This document shows, piece by piece, positions 1 through 7,359 of a stretch of DNA of 38,939 bases; the first letter of the stretch is position 1; each line of letters opens with the position of its first letter. The notes under the pieces were generated by a model that did not search any database, had not been told where the DNA came from, and saw only the letters and a program-made list of their open reading frames with translations. The translations under genes were made by a program, and so were the position numbers. Source of the stretch: Brevibacterium luteolum (GTDB lineage: Bacteria; Actinomycetota; Actinomycetes; Actinomycetales; Brevibacteriaceae); NCBI RefSeq assembly GCF_013004595.1, contig NZ_JABEMC010000014.1, forward strand, positions 1-38,939. Reading direction: 5' to 3'.

Positions 1-103
1 CGGCCAGCACGCTCAGCACTATCCGGGTCTTCTTCTCCGCCGGAATCGAGGGTGGTCTACCCATGTCTGACTCTCCTTCAGGACCTACATAACGGCCCTG
101 CCA
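1..103 (-). mobile_element. Left end of an IS3-family insertion sequence, running off the window; includes the start of the OrfA transposase (ATG at 64)
   Basis: Minus strand reads TGGCAGGGCCGTTATGTAGGTCCTGAAGGAGAGTCAGAC-ATG GGT AGA CCA..., i.e. a TG terminus, SD AAGGAGAG and MGRPPSIPAEKKTRIVLSVLA, resembling actinobacterial IS3 OrfA HTH proteins. Similarity of the flanking cyclase-like ORF stops here. Not in the ORF track. Confidence 0.75.
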
Positions 104-566
104 CTAAGTCTGACGCGCGACACGACGCAAGCGCCAGGATGATACTTGAATCGATACCTCCCGAGGCGTCGCAGGAGAGGGCGTCGACTCGTTCAGCGCG
201 GACTCTCACCGCTTCGATCATGCGGTCGCGGAGTCGGGCTCTCGATTCTCGGGCGTCGCGATCAGGCGACGGAGGGTACCAATGCTGCTCGACGGACGGA
301 TGCGTTCCGTCAGTGTGAAATGTGAGGAAGTGCCCGGGCGGTACGAGATGCACGTTCTTCCAGGGCGGTTGAAGGCCGAATGGGTATGGGCCTTGAGGAG
401 ATATCGCCCAGGTCGCCAAGATGTCTTCGTCCTCGGTAGCCCCCGCTAGTTCGGCGAGGAGCCTGGCGTCTGTGGCGGCTACCGCCTGCCCCGCGACTGT
501 GACCCAGAAGACCTGGTGTTGCCGAGGCTCATCGTTGTCAGCCGAAGAAGTATCCAACGGCCTCAT
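104..566 (-). pseudogene. Fragment of an asparagine-synthetase-family / lasso-peptide cyclase-like gene, cut by the IS
   Basis: VFW...ATDARLLA, PWKNVHLVPPGH, WYPP, LRDRMIEAVRVR and the PP-loop SCDASGGIDSS. The ORF enters IS sequence a few codons after the PP-loop, and the N-terminus looks incomplete. Confidence 0.7.
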
Positions 567-1272
567 GACGGACGCCGATGACGCCGCGAGTCAGCTCACT
601 GAACTCGCCTGCCTCGACGATCGCCGGTGCCTCATACGTCTGCATGATGCACTCCTTCCTACTCACATCCCTTTGCAGCTGAGTATCCAAGGAGTTCCAG
701 GGCATGCCGAGCTGGCCTTGGACAGCGTCGTCGGGGGGATGCGCACCCGGCTTACGCTATTCTCCCCAGAAGAGATCCCATCGTCTATATCTGCGCTTCA
801 GCAGGAAGCCACGGTATATTCCGAGGGATTTCGCCACGTGCATGCCGAGACCTACCTCAGGGAAACCTCCGACAGGGATCGACTCGACGCTTCACATCGG
901 TTTGCCTCGGAGAGCATGCCCAACACAACCGACATCGAAGCGGCATTCTCGCCCGCCATCAGCGTCGTCGACTTGCTCGTCACGATGGGGCAGGTAACAC
1001 AGGCAGCGATCTATCGCCGCGTCGACGAGTCTGCTCGGCGAGGTGAGCTCTGGCTGCGGTCGATGACGATCGATCTGGACAACTCTCCACGAGCCTTACC
1101 CTGCGCTCTTCGTAGCCGGGCGCGAGTTGTGCGTGATCAATTGCTTGTACGCGGGGAACGCCGGACCCACTCTCTCAGGACTGAATCAACGACCGAGGAA
1201 GCTGCCCGGATCCGTGCGGACCTTGCGTACGTGGAGCCGGGATTCACTTCTAATCAAGGAGCAGAGGTATGA
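565..1272 (+). CDS. AvrD/MmyD-like protein (butenolide/syringolide synthase family), 5' end uncertain or truncated
   Basis: VGGMRTRL, VYSEGFRH, SVVDLLVTMGQVTQAAIY...LWLRSMTID and terminal ADLAY resemble the C-terminal half of AvrD-family proteins. The frame is open from 421, but 421-564 overlaps the cyclase fragment. Stop overlaps the next ATG (ATGA). Confidence 0.5.
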   Translation: MTDADDAASQLTELACLDDRRCLIRLHDALLPTHIPLQLSIQGVPGHAELALDSVVGGMRTRLTLFSPEEIPSSISALQQEATVYSEGFRHVHAETYLRETSDRDRLDASHRFASESMPNTTDIEAAFSPAISVVDLLVTMGQVTQAAIYRRVDESARRGELWLRSMTIDLDNSPRALPCALRSRARVVRDQLLVRGERRTHSLRTESTTEEAARIRADLAYVEPGFTSNQGAEV

Positions 1273-1880
1273 CGGCTTGCTACGACCAGGTCGGCGGAAA
1301 CGTTCTACATGCCGCCGCCGATCTATTTGTCGAGCATTCGTTTCCCGAGGTAAGTATGCCCGACATAGCTACCCACGCCGGGGTTTCTCTCCAAGCTGTG
1401 CTGAGCGCCTTCCCTACCGTTCACGATATAGGCTCAGCCATTCTCGATCATGAACGGTCCCGCATGCACGCAATCCAGAATGACATCGCTCAACAAGATG
1501 TCCCAGCGCTCGAAGCTATTCCGCTCGCCTTTCGACTAGTAGGCGAGAACCTGGCCGATGACCCCATCGTCCGAGCGGGTGTGTGCCTCGCCTCTGGGGC
1601 GCGGCGATTCTTCCCCGAACGCCGACTCGACCCCTTCCGGACATGGAGGTCCTACCTCAGCGTCCTGCTTGAGACTGCCCGCGAACACGGCAAACTCCGA
1701 GATCACGTTGAATCACGCGAGGCGGCCTGGCTCATCGTTACCGCCGGCATGGGCACGATGGACTACTGCCGAACCAAGAACTTGTGGCATGAAGCTCCAA
1801 ACGAGCTTTCACAAACAGCACGATCAATGATCCAACTCATGGTGCCCACGCACGCCTTGGAGCACGAGGAGCAGCTATGA
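1269..1880 (+). CDS. TetR-family regulator, ArpA/ScbR (gamma-butyrolactone receptor)-like, with atypical HTH
   Basis: AAADLF...SMPDIATHAGVS HTH; C-terminal DPIVRAGVCL, PFRTW...LLETAREHGKLR typical of ScbR-like ligand domains; ATGA overlaps on both sides. Confidence 0.75.
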   Translation: MTACYDQVGGNVLHAAADLFVEHSFPEVSMPDIATHAGVSLQAVLSAFPTVHDIGSAILDHERSRMHAIQNDIAQQDVPALEAIPLAFRLVGENLADDPIVRAGVCLASGARRFFPERRLDPFRTWRSYLSVLLETAREHGKLRDHVESREAAWLIVTAGMGTMDYCRTKNLWHEAPNELSQTARSMIQLMVPTHALEHEEQL

Positions 1881-2690
1881 ATTCATCCCCAATCGTCCTC
1901 GTGACAGGCGCATCAGGCGGCATCGGTACAGCGACAACCCGCCTACTCCTCCGCGAGGGATACCATGTCATCGCCCACTACGCCGAGAATCTCAGCGCAG
2001 TCACAGCGCTCGCCGAGTACGCCGCCGCACAGGGCCGAAAGTGCTGGCCGGTTCGGGCTGACCTTGCAAACGCGGCTGACATCGAGCAAGTCATTTCTGA
2101 GATCGACACTCTGCTCGGAGATAGCCAAGGCTCGGAGCTAGTCGGAATCGTCAACAATGCCGCGGCGCTGCTCGGACCGTCACTCGAGCAAGCAAGCGTC
2201 GAGAAATTCGACCATTACATGGCACTCAACACGCGCGCACCATTCTTCCTGACCCAACAACTCTCACTGCGAATGGAGAGCGGCGGAAGCATTGTGAACG
2301 TATCATCGGCTGGGGTGCATTTCTCAAACCCCGGAGATATTGTATACGCCATCTCCAAGGCGGCCGTAGAAGCCTTTACCCGGCACGCCGCAGAAGTGCT
2401 CGCTTCGAAGAATATTCGCATCAACGCCGTGATCCCGGGATTCACCGACAATGGACACCCGGCGTTCAGCGAGCCAGAAATCAGGGAATACATGGGAAGT
2501 TTCTCTGTCCTGGGCGATGTGGCTTCCCCCCGACGACGTCGCCGAAGCTGTTGCCTTCCTGCTTTCAAGCCGTTCTCGACGGATCACAGGCACAATGCTC
2601 GACACGAGCGGAGGCAGCGCCCTGGGGGCACGTCCTGCGGGTACATCCGTCTCCTTGCGATCCTTCACTGAGGGCGAGGCGGCCTCCTAA
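1877..2690 (+). pseudogene. SDR-family oxidoreductase with a +1 frameshift in a C6 run at 2526-2531
   Basis: TGASGGIG, NNAA and YAISK motifs. The normal C-terminus PDDVAEAVAFLLSSRSRRITGTMLDTSGG is in the 2451..2690 frame; removing one C restores a continuous ORF. Confidence 0.85.
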
Positions 2691-2907
2691 CAGGAATACT
2701 CCCACTCGGGCGAAAGACACATTGCTGGCATGGCTGGACTCGTCGCTGATGCAAATGACAGGGTGGCGGGACGAAGTACTTAACGCTGGCCCGTTTGGCC
2801 GACAACGGCACTCGTTCTCTGCGCATTGCCGCCCGGAGCTACTACGCTGCCAGGCCGTAGGCTGTAGACTGGAAGCGCAAGCAACTGGTATCCCCCTTGA
2901 GCTTCTT

Positions 2908-4285
2908 CGGCTCGTCGAGCACCAGCAGCTGGTGCGGTGGATCTGCCAGCAGGGCTGCGAGCGCGACTCGGAATCGTTCGCCTCCGGAGAGGTTGCCGAG
3001 CAGCCGGTGGACGGTCTCGGCTCTGAACTGGAACCGGGCTAAGCGGTTGCGCAGCTGGCCGGGTGGAGTCCCCGGCACAGCCGCTGCGACGGTGTCGAGG
3101 ATGCTCCTGTCATGAGCGAGGTGGTCAAGGCGCTGCGGCAGCAGTCCGATCCGGCTGGTGTGGGCGATCGCCTCAACCTGCGGGGTCGTCGGGCTGTCGC
3201 TGCTCAGCGGGTGCAGCAGGGAGGTCACCAGTTGGGTCTTGCCGACCCCGTTGGCGCCGGTCAGGGCGATCTACTGCCGGCCCTGCACCAGAACCGAGGT
3301 GCCGGTGGCGCTGCGCAGTTCGGCGAGCCGGCGTCCGCTGTGGAGGTGGGGGTCGGGCAGGTCGATGATGATCCGGTTATCGCTGCGGATCCGCTCGGAC
3401 TGCTCATCGGCTGACTCCTGCGCGGCTGAGACCTTGGCATCGAGTTCGCCGCGCAGCTTGCCCGCTGAGACCTGCGCTTCGGCTTTGCGCTGGTTCATGA
3501 TGATCTTCGGTTTGCGCTTGTTCTCGAAGTCGGTGCGCGCATAGCGCTGCCGGCGGGCGAGCCTCGTCTGCGCCTCGATCCGCTGTCGCTGCTCGCGACG
3601 CAGCTGCTGTTCGGCGGTGCGCAACGCCTGGGCAGCCGCTTCCTGTTCAGCCTCATGCTGGGCACGGTAGGCGCTGTAGGGGCCGCCCACGACCGACAGC
3701 GACCCGTTGTAGAGCTCGGCGGTCTCATCCATGAGCTCTAAGAGCGTGACGTCGTGGCTGACGACGATGAGCGCCCCTGTCCACGCGGTGATCGTGTCGT
3801 AGAGCCGCTGGCGGGCGCCGCGGTCAAGGTTGTTCGTCGGTTCGTCGAGCAGGACGACGCTGTCACCGGCCAACCGCAGTCCGGTGAGGGCGGTGAGCAC
3901 GGTCTCTCCGCCCGACAGTGTGCCGACCGGGCGGTCGAGGCTGAGGGAGACCAGTCCTGCGCTGTCGAGGGCGGCACGGGCGCGGGAGTCGATGTCCCAG
4001 TCCGCGCCTACGGCCTCGAAGTCTTCGACGGCGACTGAGCCGGATTCGATCGCGCGCAGCGCTGTGAGCTGCCTGTCGATGCCGAGCAGTTCGGCGACCG
4101 TCATGAACGGACGCAGGGTGAGGTTCTGCGGCAGCCAGCCGACGGTGCCGGTGGATGTGACGGTGCCGCCGGCCGGTGCGCCCGGAGTTGAAGGCGGCGG
4201 TGAGACCACAGAACACCGGGGTGGCGTCAGGCCAGGCGAAGGAGAGATCCGTCAGGACGGCGGAAGGGCGGTGAATGATGGACAT
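2908..4285 (-). pseudogene. ABC-F family ATPase (ribosome-protection type), disrupted in three places
   Basis: Starts MSIIHRPSAVLTDLSFAWPD...SGRTG. The first Walker A is missing, with a frameshift near 4170. LSGGE/LLDEPTNNLD follow, then an in-frame TAG at 3271-3273 just before IALTGANGVGKT. The second LSGGE...LVLDEP is followed by unrelated sequence from ~2907. Confidence 0.9.
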
Positions 4286-4287
4286 GG

Positions 4288-4353
4288 GGCTCCAGAGTTC
4301 GTCAGCTGAGTCGCTGACGGCGGAGCCGGAATCACGGCAGCAGCAGCGTCAGC
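4288..4353 (-). promoter_or_regulatory. Putative translational attenuator (SD-sequestering hairpin with a competing strand)
   Basis: mRNA GGCTCC-gc-CGTCAGC-gactca-GCTGACG-aactct-GGAGCC folds over the ABC-F SD. A second GCTGACG spanning the uORF stop (4353-4347) can pair with the same CGTCAGC. Confidence 0.6.
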
Positions 4354-4390
4354 GCAGGCCGGGGCGCGATGAACGCTGGTAGATGAGCAC
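4349..4390 (-). CDS. Putative leader peptide MLIYQRSSRPGLR upstream of the ABC-F gene
   Basis: GAGGAG (4403-4398), 7-nt spacer, GTG CTC ATC TAC CAG CGT TCA TCG CGC CCC GGC CTG CGC TGA. Confidence 0.65.
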   Translation of the reverse strand: MLIYQRSSRPGLR

Positions 4391-4475
4391 GACGTGTCTC
4401 CTCACTCACAATGGTGCCGTGGGCAGCCAAGTGTAACAGCCGCCACCTGCTGCCGCTGGCCACTACCGTTGGGGC

Positions 4476-5258
4476 ATGGACTGTGTGCCCGCTGCTGCGC
4501 TCGACCACCTCGATGCCGCCGATCCCGGTGGAGTGCTCGGCGTGTACCTGTACGGTTCGGCGACCAGCACCGGGCTGTGCCCCGGCAGCGATATCGACCT
4601 CCTCGTCATCACAGCGCGCTCCCTCACCGCGTCCGAACGCCGCGACCTCGTCGCGGTGCTGCTGGAGACGTCCGGCTGGTCCGGGCATGCCGATTCCTTT
4701 CCCGAGGCGGCGGCTCGCAGGCCGATTGAGCTCACGAGCATCGTCCGCCCGGAGACAGACTCCTGGGCGAGCGCACCGGTCATCGACTTCCAGTACGGCG
4801 AATGGCTGCGCGCCGAAATCGCGGACGGCCTGCTCCCCGCGCCCACGCCGGATGCGGATCTCATCATCCTCGCCGCGACGGCAGCCGCCCATCACCGAGT
4901 GCTGCGCGGGCGCCCGCTTGCTGAGCTGCTGCCGCCGGTGCCCGATGGACTGCTGCGCCGCACCGCCGCCGACCTCGCACCGGCCGTGGCAGCTGAGGCC
5001 GCTGGGGATGAGCGCAATGCGCTGCTGACCCTGGCGCGCATCGTCGTCACCGCCGAGACCGGCCGGATCGTGTCGAAAGATGCCGCCGCCGAGGCGGTGG
5101 CCGCGTCCCTGCCCAAGCACCAGCGCAGGCTGCTGGCACGGGCACGGGAGGAATACCTCGGGCACGGGGTGCCAGGCTGGAGCTGGGCCGAGGCAACCGG
5201 TGAAGTCGCCGCGCTGGTGAGTGCTCTCGTTGGCCGGGCCCGCGGTGCGGTGGCGTGA
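4476..5258 (+). CDS. Aminoglycoside nucleotidyltransferase, AadA/ANT(9)-like
   Basis: YLYGSA...SDIDLLV, RPIELT, FQYGEWLR, GDERNALLTLARI...TG.I.SKDAAA. TACCGT lies 6 nt before the ATG (leaderless). Confidence 0.85.
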   Translation: MDCVPAAALDHLDAADPGGVLGVYLYGSATSTGLCPGSDIDLLVITARSLTASERRDLVAVLLETSGWSGHADSFPEAAARRPIELTSIVRPETDSWASAPVIDFQYGEWLRAEIADGLLPAPTPDADLIILAATAAAHHRVLRGRPLAELLPPVPDGLLRRTAADLAPAVAAEAAGDERNALLTLARIVVTAETGRIVSKDAAAEAVAASLPKHQRRLLARAREEYLGHGVPGWSWAEATGEVAALVSALVGRARGAVA

Positions 5259-5734
5259 GCTGGCGGAAGCCAGTGCGCGTGCTCAGCGCGGCGCCTGCCA
5301 ATGACGAGCTGCAGGATCGAGGAGACGGCCAGAGAGACGGCTGCGGCGAGGACGAGCGGCAGACCCCATGACGGCTCAGCTTGGACCGGACCGTGGGGCA
5401 CGAGCTCGCCGTCGATGATGTGGTCGTACATGATGTGCGGCCATTCGGCGGTGACGACGCCGACGGCGCCGGTGAACAGGCAGGCGCTGCCGGCCAGGCC
5501 GATCCATCCCCATACGCGCGGATGCCACCCGGTGAGCGATTGGATGGCCATGAGGACGCTGATGGCTGTTCCCGGCCGCAGGAGCCATGTGGCCATCGAA
5601 CGGTCAGCGGCCTGGAGGACGTTGGAGTTGAGCATGGCGAAACCGGGTTCAGCCGATTCGTAGACCGGGAAGCCGATGGTGAGGCCGAGCAGCAGGGGTG
5701 AGGCGATCGCGCACAGGCGGGCGTACTCCCTCAT
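4892..5734 (-). CDS. Uncharacterised ~4-TM membrane protein, tandem paralog 4 of 4; homologous part ends ~5280 and the frame runs on antisense into the aadA-like gene
   Basis: MREYARLC...FPVY...QSLTGW...WIG...IMYDH...EPSWG...LQL. ATG overlaps the upstream stop (ATGA 5734-5731). Confidence 0.7.
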   Translation of the reverse strand: MREYARLCAIASPLLLGLTIGFPVYESAEPGFAMLNSNVLQAADRSMATWLLRPGTAISVLMAIQSLTGWHPRVWGWIGLAGSACLFTGAVGVVTAEWPHIMYDHIIDGELVPHGPVQAEPSWGLPLVLAAAVSLAVSSILQLVIGRRRAEHAHWLPPAHATAPRARPTRALTSAATSPVASAQLQPGTPCPRYSSRARASSLRWCLGRDAATASAAASFDTIRPVSAVTTMRARVSSALRSSPAASAATAGARSAAVRRSSPSGTGGSSSASGRPRSTR

Positions 5735-6213
5735 GCCGGCCCCGGGTTCGCAGCGGCAGGTGGTGCCTGCCGGGCAGCGAGCAGCTGCAGGGTCGCGACA
5801 TGGGCGAGCACTCCTGCCGCGCACACGATGAGCAGCAGGCCGAGCCAGGGTTCGGGGACTTCCATGCCGCCGGTCGGCCGGCCCTGATCGTCGACGCCGT
5901 CCCACATGAGCGAGGGCCGGTTCTCGCCCGTGAAGGCCCCGAACGCACCGACGGTGAGGAAGAACGCGCCGAGGTAGCCGATCCAGGCCCAGATGCCGGG
6001 CCGCCAGCCGGTGAAGGACTGGATGACCATGAGCACGGCGATGAGGATGCCGGGTGCGAGCAGCGCGGCCACCGGTGAGAGGCCGACAGCGGTGAGGACG
6101 TTGACGGCGAGGTCGTCGTAGTGCGCGTCCTCGACGCGCAGCACGGGCACTGGGATCGTGGCCGCCAGCAGCACGAGCGCGGTGATGGAGAGCACACGTG
6201 AGGCGATGATCAT
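5731..6213 (-). CDS. Uncharacterised ~4-TM membrane protein, paralog 3 of 4 (160 aa)
   Basis: MIIASRV...PVLR...QSFTGW...WIG...LMWDGVDDQGRPTGG...EPWLG...LQL. SD GGAGGAG; ATGA overlap at 6213-6210. Confidence 0.8.
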   Translation of the reverse strand: MIIASRVLSITALVLLAATIPVPVLRVEDAHYDDLAVNVLTAVGLSPVAALLAPGILIAVLMVIQSFTGWRPGIWAWIGYLGAFFLTVGAFGAFTGENRPSLMWDGVDDQGRPTGGMEVPEPWLGLLLIVCAAGVLAHVATLQLLAARQAPPAAANPGPA

Positions 6214-6719
6214 GATCCGCCCTCCTCCCCTGCCGGTGCCGGGTCGGCACGCTGAGCCTGGGCGCGCCGGCTGCGATGGGCTGTCACCAGCTGCAGAACC
6301 GAGGCGAGTGCCAGGGTCAGCATGGCTGCGGCGATGAGTGCCGTGCCCCACCAAGGTTCGGGCAGGATCATCCCGCCGGTGGGCATCCCGTCAGCGGTGA
6401 CGCCGTCCCAGAGGATGCCGAACATCCACAGGTTCGACAGCACCGAAACCGCCCCGGCGGCAATGCAGACGCAGCCGGCGAGCCCGATCCAGCCGCCCGC
6501 CCGCGGCAGCATGCCGGTGAAAGCGCAGAAGCACAGGGCCACGGCGGCGAGGACGCCGAGGAAGATCAGCGGTGAGAGCTCACCGGCTGTCGCTGCGGAG
6601 ATGAGGCCGATGTCATCGGAGCTGAATCTGCGGTCGGTGAAGCGCAACACCGGCACCCAGAAGGCCGCAGCGAACAGTGCGACCGTCACGGCGGTCAGGA
6701 CGCGGGTTGTCGTTCTCAT
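6210..6719 (-). CDS. Uncharacterised ~4-TM membrane protein, paralog 2 of 4 (169 aa; alternative GTG at 6815)
   Basis: MRTTTRV...PVLR...AFTG...WIG...ILWDGVTADGMPTGG...EPWWG...LQL. GGAG precedes the ATG. Confidence 0.8.
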   Translation of the reverse strand: MRTTTRVLTAVTVALFAAAFWVPVLRFTDRRFSSDDIGLISAATAGELSPLIFLGVLAAVALCFCAFTGMLPRAGGWIGLAGCVCIAAGAVSVLSNLWMFGILWDGVTADGMPTGGMILPEPWWGTALIAAAMLTLALASVLQLVTAHRSRRAQAQRADPAPAGEEGGS

Positions 6720-6811
6720 ATCTCCAGTCTCTGATGACTCAGCGTGCCGGTGGTGACGCCGCTGTGCCGGTTCCGACACAGGCGCAGGCGGGCACCGCCT
6801 CGGTCGCGCGG

Positions 6812-7285
6812 TCACGGCCCGTGGCGCTGCTCAGGCGCGCGGTAGCGGTGCTCTTCGATCTGCACAATGCCAGCGGCAACAAGAGCGAAACCGGCCGCCG
6901 CAGCAAACGCCAGCCCCCACCCGAGCTCAGGCTGCTCGGTGCTGCCGATCGGCTCCCCGTTGGGCGCGATGCCGTCCCACATGATGACGTGGTCGCGCCG
7001 CACGCGGATCGTTTCGCCGACGCCGAGGAGCTGGAAGGCGCCCGCGGCGAGACCGAATGCCCCGGCCTCCCGCGTGTGCGCACCGGAGAGCGCAGCGACG
7101 ATGACGACGGCGGCCATGAAGAAGACCGGCACGGCCAGCAGCGGCAGAGCCGGGGCCTCACCGGTGGCGATGAAGATGTCGTGGCGGGCGAAGTCCCGGT
7201 TCGCATAGCGCAGCACCGGCATCGTCAGCGAGCCGGCGAGGCAGGCGATCGCGGTGACGGCGAGCAGGCAGGTGGTCAGTCTCAT
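6812..7285 (-). CDS. Uncharacterised ~4-TM membrane protein, paralog 1 of 4 (157 aa)
   Basis: MRLTT...PVLR...ALSG...IMWDGIAPNGEPIGS...ELGWG...VQI. GGAGG precedes the ATG. Confidence 0.8.
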   Translation of the reverse strand: MRLTTCLLAVTAIACLAGSLTMPVLRYANRDFARHDIFIATGEAPALPLLAVPVFFMAAVVIVAALSGAHTREAGAFGLAAGAFQLLGVGETIRVRRDHVIMWDGIAPNGEPIGSTEQPELGWGLAFAAAAGFALVAAGIVQIEEHRYRAPEQRHGP

Positions 7286-7359
7286 GCCTCCAGCGTGACC
7301 GCCGTCTGCGTCACCGCGGTGACGTCGGTGTCACCGTCCTGGCACACGGCGGCGTTCTG

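Noticed and set aside
2551..3042. 163-aa plus-strand ORF across the island junction
   Set aside because: It spans the SDR end, intergenic DNA and antisense ABC-F, with no motif or SD.
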